A stretch of 64,000 nucleotides of DNA, taken from assembly GCA_019244185.1 (NCBI GenBank), contig JAFATB010000011.1, positions 1 through 64,000 on the forward strand. The letters run 5' to 3'. A model generated the notes under the pieces. The model had not been told where the DNA came from. It was given only the letters and a program-made list of their open reading frames with translations, and searched no databases. Below are positions 37,430-45,678 of this stretch, in pieces; within the stretch, counting starts at the first letter, position 1, and each line of letters starts with the position of its first letter. The position numbers and the translations under genes are program-made. The stretch is from Acidobacteriota bacterium (GTDB lineage Bacteria; Acidobacteriota; Thermoanaerobaculia; Gp7-AA8).

Positions 37430-38134
37430 ATGACGACAGCTCCTCGAATCCAGTATCAGCAAGGCGATCACGTGTGCACGCTTTACTCCGACCGCGACGA
37501 ACAGCTCGCGGCCGCGGTCAACTACCTTCGCGGCGGTCTCGAGCGCGGCGAACGTTGCCTGTACGTCTGCTGCGAGCACTCGCCGGACGAGTTCCGCGCC
37601 GGACTGCGCGCCGCGGGGATCGACGTCGCGGGCGAAGAAGCGCGCGGCGCACTGCTGCTGCTGACCAAGCGTGAAGCTCACCTCGCGGGCGGCTGCTTCG
37701 ATCCCGACAAGATGATCACGATGCTGCACGGCGCGGTGAAAGACGCACTCGACGCCGGCTTCTCCGGCCTCTGCGCGGCCGGCGACATGTCGTGGCTGCT
37801 CGACGAGGCCGACGGCTCGGACCGCATCGCCGAGTACGAGGCGCGGCTCAACGCGTTCTATCCGTCGTCGCGCGCGCTGGGACTCTGCCTCTACAACCGC
37901 ACGAAGCTTCCCGCGGCCACGCTCGATCACTGCATGGCCACGCATCCGCACGTCCGCATCGACGGCAACCTCCTGCTCGACAATCCGTTCTACGAGGAGC
38001 CGGGGAAGGCCGCGTTCCGGCGCACCGACGGCAGCGCCATGCCGAAGAAGCTGGAGTGGCTGAAGACCGCCATCGCGAGCTTCTTCGACGGCGGCGGGGC
38101 CTCGGAGCCGGCGACGGTGCCGCTTCACCGCTAA
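37430..38134 (+). CDS. stand-alone MEDS (DcmR sensory) domain protein
   Basis: GDHVCTLY, GLERGERC, AGDMSW, YEARLN, LCLYN, THP. Confidence 0.88.
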   Translation: MTTAPRIQYQQGDHVCTLYSDRDEQLAAAVNYLRGGLERGERCLYVCCEHSPDEFRAGLRAAGIDVAGEEARGALLLLTKREAHLAGGCFDPDKMITMLHGAVKDALDAGFSGLCAAGDMSWLLDEADGSDRIAEYEARLNAFYPSSRALGLCLYNRTKLPAATLDHCMATHPHVRIDGNLLLDNPFYEEPGKAAFRRTDGSAMPKKLEWLKTAIASFFDGGGASEPATVPLHR

Positions 38135-38173
38135 CGCGCGCGCGGTCGTTCGTTCCAGCGTACGCTTGCGCGT

Positions 38174-38803
38174 ATGACGGAACGGATGAACGTGGCCATC
38201 CTCATCTTCCCCAACGTCGAGGTGCTCGACTTCGCGGGGCCGTTCGAGGTGTTCTCGCGCACGCGGCTCGTGCCCGGCTCCGACGCGCGGCGCAGCGACG
38301 AACACGCGCCGTTTCGCGTCTTCACCGTCGCGGCGACGCACGAGCCGATCTCCGCGACGGGCGATCTGCGCGTCGTGCCGCATCACGCGTTCGATGACTG
38401 TCCGCGCATCGATCTGCTGATCGTGCCGGGCGGCTTCGGCACGCGCGGGCTGCTGCAGGACGAAGCGACGCTCGCGTGGGTAGGCCGCATCGCGAGCGAG
38501 GCGCGCATCACCGCGTCCGTCTGCACCGGCTCGCTCCTGCTCGCGAAGGCCGGCCTGCTCGACGGCCGCACCGCGACGACGCACTGGGCGGCGCTCGATC
38601 TCCTGCAGTCGCTCAGCGATGCGCGCGGCGGCACGATTCGCGTCGAACGCGACGACCGCTGGGTCGCCGCGACGCCGGCGCTCTTCACTTCCGCGGGCGT
38701 GGCCGCGGGCATCGACATGAGCTTCGCCATCGTCGAGCAGCTCCACGGCAAAGCGGTCGCCGACGAGACCGCGCACTACATCGAATACCGCCGCGCGGTT
38801 TGA
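38174..38803 (+). CDS. DJ-1/PfpI family protein
   Basis: VEVLDFAGPFEVF, VPGGFG, SVCTG, ATTHW, TSAGVAAGID. Confidence 0.92.
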   Translation: MTERMNVAILIFPNVEVLDFAGPFEVFSRTRLVPGSDARRSDEHAPFRVFTVAATHEPISATGDLRVVPHHAFDDCPRIDLLIVPGGFGTRGLLQDEATLAWVGRIASEARITASVCTGSLLLAKAGLLDGRTATTHWAALDLLQSLSDARGGTIRVERDDRWVAATPALFTSAGVAAGIDMSFAIVEQLHGKAVADETAHYIEYRRAV

Positions 38804-38850
38804 GGATTCGTTGCCGCAAGGGTGGATCGAAGGCGTGTAAGCTGGCCGCC

Positions 38851-40152
38851 ATGCGCCCCCGCGGACTGCTCGCTCTCGCTCTGGTCCTCCCGCTTCTCAC
38901 CGCGCCCGTCTCCGCGCAGAAACGGCGCTCGGTGCGGCACAGCGGTCCCGGCGACGAGCCGACGGCGCGCGCGGACGCGTACACCGTGGCGCGCGGCGCG
39001 ACGCTCGTCCGCACCGGAGGCGACGGCGTCCTCGCGAACGACACCGATCCGCACGCGCTCGCGCTCACCGCGCTCGTCGTCTCGTCGACCGCGCACGGCA
39101 CGCTCGTGCTCACGCCCGACGGCGGCTTCACGTACGTCAACGACGGCTCCGCCGCGACGTCCGACTCGTTCACGTACCGGGCGTCGAACGGCACCAGCAC
39201 GTCGCTCAATGCAACCGTCACGATCGCGATCACCGCTCCGCTGCCACAAGCGAATGCCGACGCGTACAACACGCCCGCCGCAACGCCCCTCGGCATCCCC
39301 GCGCCGGGCGTGCTGACGAACGACACGCGCAACGGCGCGAACATCGCCAGCTACGGCGTGGCCGGCACCGAACAGACCACGCTCTCCGCCGCCACGCCCA
39401 CCGCGCACGGCGGCACCGTCCTCCTCGGCGCGGACGGTGCGTTCACGTACAACCCCGGCACCGGCTTCACCGGCTCCGACGCATTCAACTACGTGCTGAC
39501 GAACGCCGCCGGCAGCTCGACCGCGCAGGTCACGATCAGCGTCGTCTCGCCGCAGCCCACCGCCGCGAACGACACGTACTCGACCGCGCAGAACACCGCG
39601 CTCACCCAACCCGCGCCGGGCGTCCTTGCGAACGACATCGTGAACGGCGGCGCGATCACCGGCTACGGCTCCGCGAACGGCAACGAGCAGTCGACGCTCG
39701 GCACGTCCACTTCCACCGCGAAGAACGGCACCGTGCGCGTCAACGCGGACGGCAGCTTCACGTACACGCCGCCGAACGGCTTCAACGGCAGCGACTCGTT
39801 CAGGTACACGCTCGCAAACGGCAGCGGCAGCGGCGTCGCGCTCGTGACGATCACCGTGCAGGCGGCGGTCAACACCGAGTTCAACGTCACCGCGCCCGGC
39901 TTCTTCTATTCGTTCTCAGGCATCGCGGGACAGAACCCGCAGCTCACGCTGCAGCGCGGCCGCACGTACGTCTTCCACATCAACACCACGTCCTCGCATC
40001 CGTTCGAGATCCTCGACGCGCCGGCGGGCAGCGTGACGAACAACAACATCTCCAGCGGCACGCTGACGTTCGTCGTCCCGAACACCGCGGCAAACTACCG
40101 TTATCACTGCTCGCTCCACGACTTCGGCAACACGATCGTGACGGTGCCCTAG
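38851..40152 (+). CDS. secreted protein with three Big_9/cadherin-like repeats and a C-terminal cupredoxin-like domain
   Basis: Three A.AD.Y...GVL.ND...DG.FTY...DSF.Y repeats; tail HPF...YRYHCSLH. Confidence 0.85.
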   Translation: MRPRGLLALALVLPLLTAPVSAQKRRSVRHSGPGDEPTARADAYTVARGATLVRTGGDGVLANDTDPHALALTALVVSSTAHGTLVLTPDGGFTYVNDGSAATSDSFTYRASNGTSTSLNATVTIAITAPLPQANADAYNTPAATPLGIPAPGVLTNDTRNGANIASYGVAGTEQTTLSAATPTAHGGTVLLGADGAFTYNPGTGFTGSDAFNYVLTNAAGSSTAQVTISVVSPQPTAANDTYSTAQNTALTQPAPGVLANDIVNGGAITGYGSANGNEQSTLGTSTSTAKNGTVRVNADGSFTYTPPNGFNGSDSFRYTLANGSGSGVALVTITVQAAVNTEFNVTAPGFFYSFSGIAGQNPQLTLQRGRTYVFHINTTSSHPFEILDAPAGSVTNNNISSGTLTFVVPNTAANYRYHCSLHDFGNTIVTVP

Positions 40153-40991
40153 CGCACGAGCGAGATCGCGCAGACGTCGTTCAGCAGGCAGACCTCGCAG
40201 TTCTCGCGGCGCAGCTTGCGGCTGCAGAGCGCGAGGATGCCGAGGCGGCAGAGCGCGAAGTCGTAGCGCACGGGATCACGCGCGTCGAACTTCGCCAGTG
40301 CATCGGTGAGCGCGCGCGCCGCTTTCCAGTCCGACGACTTGCGGCGGTTGAGGCGCAGGAACGTGGCGATGCGATGGATGTGCGTGTCGAGCGGCATGAC
40401 CAGCTTCGCCGGATCGACGAACGTCCAGAGTCCGAGGTCGGGTGACGTCCGGCGCACCATCCAGCGCAGATAGAGGTTCATGCGCTTGCACGCGGAGCCG
40501 TCGTTCGGCGACGTGAGCAGATACTCGAGACCTTTGCCGCGCATCGACTCGACGAAGCGCGCGAGGCTCGGCGCGATGTCGGCGTCGTTTGCGTCGTAGC
40601 AGCGCTCGAAGAGCGCGCCGAGGGAACCGTGCGTTTCGAGGACGTCGGCGATCGCGGCGAAGAGCGCGACGAGATCGGGCGTCTTGTGGAAGCGATGCGC
40701 GAAGCCGGCGAAGCGGCGCGTGGCTTCGGCGCGATCGAAGTGCGCGAGATACTGAAACGGCGACGGCGTCATCTTCGCCAGCACCGCGCCGATGTTCGTG
40801 ACGATGAAATCGGCGCGGCCATACGCGAACGCGGCCGCGATGAGGCCGGCCACTTCCTGGTCGAGCGGCTCGTCGTAGCGCAGCACGAGCTGGAGCGGAT
40901 CGGGCGCGATCGTCGAAACGTCGAAGGTCTCGACGAGCGTGTCGAGCCGCGTCTTCAGCAGTTCGGCGCGAACGGGGCGGCGGCGGGTCAT
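40149..40991 (-). CDS. TIGR02757 (DUF2400) family protein
   Basis: DP, AFAYG, SACKRMNLYLRWMVR, PLDTHI, DPVRYDFAL. Confidence 0.9.
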   Translation of the reverse strand: MTRRRPVRAELLKTRLDTLVETFDVSTIAPDPLQLVLRYDEPLDQEVAGLIAAAFAYGRADFIVTNIGAVLAKMTPSPFQYLAHFDRAEATRRFAGFAHRFHKTPDLVALFAAIADVLETHGSLGALFERCYDANDADIAPSLARFVESMRGKGLEYLLTSPNDGSACKRMNLYLRWMVRRTSPDLGLWTFVDPAKLVMPLDTHIHRIATFLRLNRRKSSDWKAARALTDALAKFDARDPVRYDFALCRLGILALCSRKLRRENCEVCLLNDVCAISLVR

Positions 40992-41053
40992 ACGGTGGCG
41001 CGCTCGAAAACAGGGTGGAACCCGCGGCTGTTCCGAGCGTCATACTGCACGCC

Positions 41054-44000
41054 ATGCGTCCTCGGATCCTCGTCTCTCTCGCCGCTCTCCTCTGCGCGTT
41101 TCCGGCGCTCGCCGCGATCACCGGAAGCGTGATGTCGACCGACGGCCAGCCGCTCGCCGGCGCGCGCGTTTCGGCCTACGGTTTCGAATCCGCGGAAGGG
41201 CGCCACGCGCGGCTCGTCTCCGCGAATCCGGAGCCGGTGCCGCTCGCGTCGACGCAGACGGATGCGAAGGGGAGCTTCTCGCTCGAATCGCCGAAAGGCG
41301 CCGTCGTCGAGCTGCGCGTCTTCCTGCGCGGCTACGAGCCGGCCGCGCGGCGCGTCGAGCGCGACGAGGACACGGGCACGTTCGCGCTGCAAAAGCTGGA
41401 GATGAAGAGCGGCAGCGTGAAGGCCGGCAACAAAGCGGTGGCAAACGCGCTCGTCGCCATCGCGTACGGCACGTACGAGTATCAGACGAAGACCGACGAG
41501 CAGGGACGCTACGAGGCGCCCGATCCGAAACGCGCGCGCAGCCTCGTCATCGTGCATCCCGACTTCGCCATCGACGAGGAAGTCTTCCCGTTCAACAACA
41601 GCGTCACCGCGACGAAGCTCCAGCGCACGCTCGTCATGGGGACCGCGTTCAGCGGACGCGTGGTCGAGCAGGACGGCAGGACGCCGGCGGCGAAGGCGAC
41701 GGTCACGGTGAACGGCTGGCCGCGCGCGACGGCGGGCGACGACGGCGCGTTCACGATCGCGCACACGCAGCCGCGCTGGAGCTCGCTCGCGGCGACGAAG
41801 AACGCGCTGGCCGGGGAGCGCGCGTACACGACGGAGAAGAACGTCGTCGTGCGCCTCGCAAAGCCGGCGGTCGTCGCCGGACGCGTGCTGGATGCGAAGA
41901 CGAAGCTGCCGGTTGCGGGCGCGATCGTGCGCGTCTCGCCGCGCGGGCCGATGGACGTCAACCGCGGCAGCGGCTGGACGGCGATGACGGACGCGAAAGG
42001 GATGTACACGCTGAGCGTGACGCCGGGCGCGTACTCGTTCAGCGCGACGCATCCGGCGTTCGACGGCTCCGCGTCCGACATCGCCACGACCGCGGGGCAG
42101 ACGCTGTCTCGCGACGTTGCGATGACGCAGCTCGCGCGCGTGAGCGGCGTCGTCGTCGATGAAGCGCGCAAGGGCGTGCCGGCTGCGTTCGTGACGCCCG
42201 AGGAGAACGGCGGCGACGGCATGCCGCGCATGATGCGCGGACCACGCGAGGCGGTGGCGAGCGGTCCCGACGGACGCTTCAGCCTGCGCGCGACGACGGA
42301 AGTCGCGATGCGTCTGCGCGCGACGAAGAAAGGACTGCCGACCGTGCGCAGCGAGGCGCTGCGGCTGACGGCGGGCGAGCGCAAGAGCGGCGTCGTGATC
42401 ACGATTCCGAACGGCATCGCGGTCACCGGACGCGTCACCGATCGCGACGGCAAGCCGCTGTCGGGCGTCGCGGTCGCCGCGAACGAAGAATCGGGCGGCC
42501 GCGGACGCGGCATGCGCATCATGATCACGCCCGACCGCGACGACAACGACGACGCCGTGCGCACCGGAACCGACGGCGCGTTCTCGCTGCGCGTGAAGGA
42601 AGGGACGTACGACTTCACGTTCCGCCGCGACGGCTACACGACGAAAGCCGTGCGCGCCAAGAGCGTCTCCGCGACGGCGGCGCCGGAGCCGATGAGCGTC
42701 GCGCTCGATCCGAGCGTCGAAGTCTCCGGACGCGTGACGCGCGGCGGCAACGGCGTCGAAGGCGTGACGATCTTCGCGATGAGCGAGGATCCGGTGAACA
42801 CGACCACCGGCCCCGACGGCTCGTTCGTCCTCGCGAACCTCGCGCCGGGACCGATTCGCCTGATGCTGCGCAAAGACACGGAGTTCATCTCCGACTCGCG
42901 CAGCGTCACCGCGCCGGCGCGCGACTTCACGATCGACCTGCCCGCGGGCACGCGCGTCTCGGGACGCGTCATCGACAAGACCTCGCGCAAGCCGCTGACG
43001 ACGTTTCAGGCGGGGCTCAGCGTCTCGCGCGGCGGCGGCGGCATGATGATGGTCGCGCCGCCGATGCTGCAGAGCTTCACCAGCGACGACGGCTCGTTCA
43101 CGCTCGACAACGTGCCCGCGGGCGCGGTCAACCTCACCGCGCAGGCGCCCGGCTATACCAGCGGTCGCACGACGGTGACGGTGGAGGAAGGAAAGCCGCT
43201 CGACAACGTCGAGCTCGCGCTCGAGCCGGGCGTGCGGCTCACGGGCAAAGTCACGGGTCCCGACGGCGCGCCGGTCAGCGACGTCACCGTGCGCGTGGCG
43301 TTCTCGCCGGAGCGCGGCATGCGCAACGGTCCGAACGATCGCCGCGCGACGACCGACGCGAACGGCGAGTACGTGCTCGACTCGCTCGACGCGGGCACCG
43401 AGACGATCGAGTTCACGCACCCGAAGTATCTCGCCACGCGGCAGGACGTCGAGCTGAAAGGCACGGACACGCGGCTCGACGCGCAGCTCTCCGCGGGACT
43501 GCGCGTGAGCGGCGTCGTGGTGACGGACAACGGCGCGCCCGCGGCCGACGCGGACGTCGAGGCGATGGCCGCCGGCGGCTCGAACCGCTCCACGCGCGCC
43601 GACGCGAACGGCGCGTTCAGCTTCGACGCGCTCTCACCTGTTCGTTATCGTTTCCTCGCGTCGAAGAACGGCTTCGCCTCCGGCCACGTCGACGACTTCG
43701 ACGTCACGAACAACACGCCTCTCCGCATCGTCCTCGGCAGCGGCGGCACGATCTACGGCCACGTCACCGGGCTCTCCGAGAACGATCTCGCGAACGCCGT
43801 CGTCGACGCGCGCGGCAACGGCTCCACGTCGACGTCCGCCGTCGACAGCTCCGGCAACTACCGCATCGAAGGCGCGCCGACCGGCACCGTGCAGGTCTCC
43901 GCGTCCGTCACCGCGCGCGGCTTCACGTCGCGCAAGATGACGGCGGTGCAGACGGTCGAAGTGTCGTCCGGCAGCGCGCAGCAGGTCGACCTGCAGTTCC

Positions 44001-45016
44001 GCTCCGACACCACCGTGCGCGGCCACGTCACGCGTAACGGGCAGCCGCTCGGCGACGCGAGCGTGATGTTCATGCCGCGCGTGCGCGGCCAGGCCAACGC
44101 CAGCACCACCACCGACGCCGCAGGCAATTACACGCTGAGCGGCATCGACGACGGCGACTACGCGGTCTACGTCGTCGACATGCAGCGCTTCAGCCCGTAC
44201 ACCACGCAATACGAGGTGCACGGCTCGGCGACGTTTGACATCGACTACACCGCGGCCTCGCTGCAGGGACGCGTCATCAACGCGTCGACGAACGAGCCGC
44301 TCGAAGGCGCGGACGTGCAGCTGCGCAGCACGACCCCGAGCGAGACGCTGCGCGCGTCGCGCGGCGTCGCCAGCGACTCGAACGGCGCGTTCACGCTGGA
44401 GTTCGTACCGCCGGGCACGTACACCGTCACCGCGTCGAAGGACGGTTTCGGCAATCAGATGACGGAGGTCAACGTCGGCGACAGCGCGCAGAGCGTGGAG
44501 CTCAAGCTCGCCCCGCAGGACGGCGTCACGCTGCGCGTCGTCGACGGCCGCAACGGCCAGCGGCTCACCGCGTCCGCGTACATCTTCGACGCCGCGGGAC
44601 GCTACGTCGATGCGAAACGGTCGATGTTCGACGGCACCGGCAGCGATCTCAGTCTCCCGCTCGCGGCGGGGCAGTACTCGATCACCGTCGATGCGAACGG
44701 CTATGCGTCGCGCACGGTCTCCGCGAACGCGCCGTCGATGCAGACCGTCGCGCTCACGCCCGGCGGCACGCTGATCATCCACGCGAAGAGCGCAGTGCGC
44801 GGCCACGCACTGCTGCTCGATTCGAACGGCATCCCGTACCCGCGCCTCGGCATGCGTCCGGCGACGATCGATCTCTTCCCGCATCCCGGCGCGACGATCC
44901 TCAATCACGTCGCACCGGGCACGTACACGCTGCAGCTGCTCGACGCGAACAACGCGCCGGTGGACTCGAAGCAGGTGGTGATCGGCGAAGGCGGAACGAT
45001 CGACGTCGACTTGTGA
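41054..45016 (+). CDS. large secreted protein of tandem carboxypeptidase-regulatory-like (transthyretin-fold) domains
   Basis: Signal peptide; more than ten SGRV.D..G.P..G..V...TD..G.F repeats. Confidence 0.88.
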   Translation: MRPRILVSLAALLCAFPALAAITGSVMSTDGQPLAGARVSAYGFESAEGRHARLVSANPEPVPLASTQTDAKGSFSLESPKGAVVELRVFLRGYEPAARRVERDEDTGTFALQKLEMKSGSVKAGNKAVANALVAIAYGTYEYQTKTDEQGRYEAPDPKRARSLVIVHPDFAIDEEVFPFNNSVTATKLQRTLVMGTAFSGRVVEQDGRTPAAKATVTVNGWPRATAGDDGAFTIAHTQPRWSSLAATKNALAGERAYTTEKNVVVRLAKPAVVAGRVLDAKTKLPVAGAIVRVSPRGPMDVNRGSGWTAMTDAKGMYTLSVTPGAYSFSATHPAFDGSASDIATTAGQTLSRDVAMTQLARVSGVVVDEARKGVPAAFVTPEENGGDGMPRMMRGPREAVASGPDGRFSLRATTEVAMRLRATKKGLPTVRSEALRLTAGERKSGVVITIPNGIAVTGRVTDRDGKPLSGVAVAANEESGGRGRGMRIMITPDRDDNDDAVRTGTDGAFSLRVKEGTYDFTFRRDGYTTKAVRAKSVSATAAPEPMSVALDPSVEVSGRVTRGGNGVEGVTIFAMSEDPVNTTTGPDGSFVLANLAPGPIRLMLRKDTEFISDSRSVTAPARDFTIDLPAGTRVSGRVIDKTSRKPLTTFQAGLSVSRGGGGMMMVAPPMLQSFTSDDGSFTLDNVPAGAVNLTAQAPGYTSGRTTVTVEEGKPLDNVELALEPGVRLTGKVTGPDGAPVSDVTVRVAFSPERGMRNGPNDRRATTDANGEYVLDSLDAGTETIEFTHPKYLATRQDVELKGTDTRLDAQLSAGLRVSGVVVTDNGAPAADADVEAMAAGGSNRSTRADANGAFSFDALSPVRYRFLASKNGFASGHVDDFDVTNNTPLRIVLGSGGTIYGHVTGLSENDLANAVVDARGNGSTSTSAVDSSGNYRIEGAPTGTVQVSASVTARGFTSRKMTAVQTVEVSSGSAQQVDLQFRSDTTVRGHVTRNGQPLGDASVMFMPRVRGQANASTTTDAAGNYTLSGIDDGDYAVYVVDMQRFSPYTTQYEVHGSATFDIDYTAASLQGRVINASTNEPLEGADVQLRSTTPSETLRASRGVASDSNGAFTLEFVPPGTYTVTASKDGFGNQMTEVNVGDSAQSVELKLAPQDGVTLRVVDGRNGQRLTASAYIFDAAGRYVDAKRSMFDGTGSDLSLPLAAGQYSITVDANGYASRTVSANAPSMQTVALTPGGTLIIHAKSAVRGHALLLDSNGIPYPRLGMRPATIDLFPHPGATILNHVAPGTYTLQLLDANNAPVDSKQVVIGEGGTIDVDL

Positions 45017-45025
45017 GGAAGGCGG

Positions 45026-45655
45026 CTACGGCTCGTCGTCGTGCTCTTCGACCATCGGCGGCTCGGGGATCTCGGCGACGACTTCGAGCGCGATGCGGTC
45101 GCGGTCGATGCGCGGCGCGCCGCTGCTCATGAAGATGTTCTTGCGGTACTTCTCGAGCCGCTTGAAGAGGTGATGCAGGTCGTACGTGAGCCGCATGACG
45201 GTGCGGCGCAGCTTGTACTTCACGCGGCGGAAGGCCTCGAGGTCGTCGCCGCGCAGGGTGGGGAAGAACGACTGGATCTCGGCGATGCGCTTGCGCACCT
45301 TCTCGAGGTCTTTGTCCTGGATGTTGAGGAAGACTTCGCGGCCGTCGACGAGCAGCGGCTCGGTGCCGCTCATCTCGGCGTCGAACCAGTTCCAGAGCTG
45401 AATGAGATCGATGCGGCGCCCTTTCGAGAGAAAGCGCGTCTCGAGCAGATCCTGGCGGAAGTAGCCGAGGAGCTTGCGGTCGTCGGTCTTGTTGAACTCG
45501 TCGTCCGAAAGGTTCCGGATGTTCCAGACGCCGTAGCGGATGATGTCGTTGCGCGTCGAGCGCAACTGCCGGATCACTTCCTCGAGGATCGGGAGCGGGA
45601 GCTGCGCCAGAGTCTGCGCTTCCGCGAGCGGTTCCCGCGGCATGGTTTCAGACAT
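45026..45655 (-). CDS. hypothetical cytoplasmic alpha-helical protein
   Basis: Protein-like composition from MSETMPREP; host-like codon usage; no motif recognised. Confidence 0.75.
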   Translation of the reverse strand: MSETMPREPLAEAQTLAQLPLPILEEVIRQLRSTRNDIIRYGVWNIRNLSDDEFNKTDDRKLLGYFRQDLLETRFLSKGRRIDLIQLWNWFDAEMSGTEPLLVDGREVFLNIQDKDLEKVRKRIAEIQSFFPTLRGDDLEAFRRVKYKLRRTVMRLTYDLHHLFKRLEKYRKNIFMSSGAPRIDRDRIALEVVAEIPEPPMVEEHDDEP

Positions 45656-45678
45656 GGCCGGCGAAGGATACACGATCC

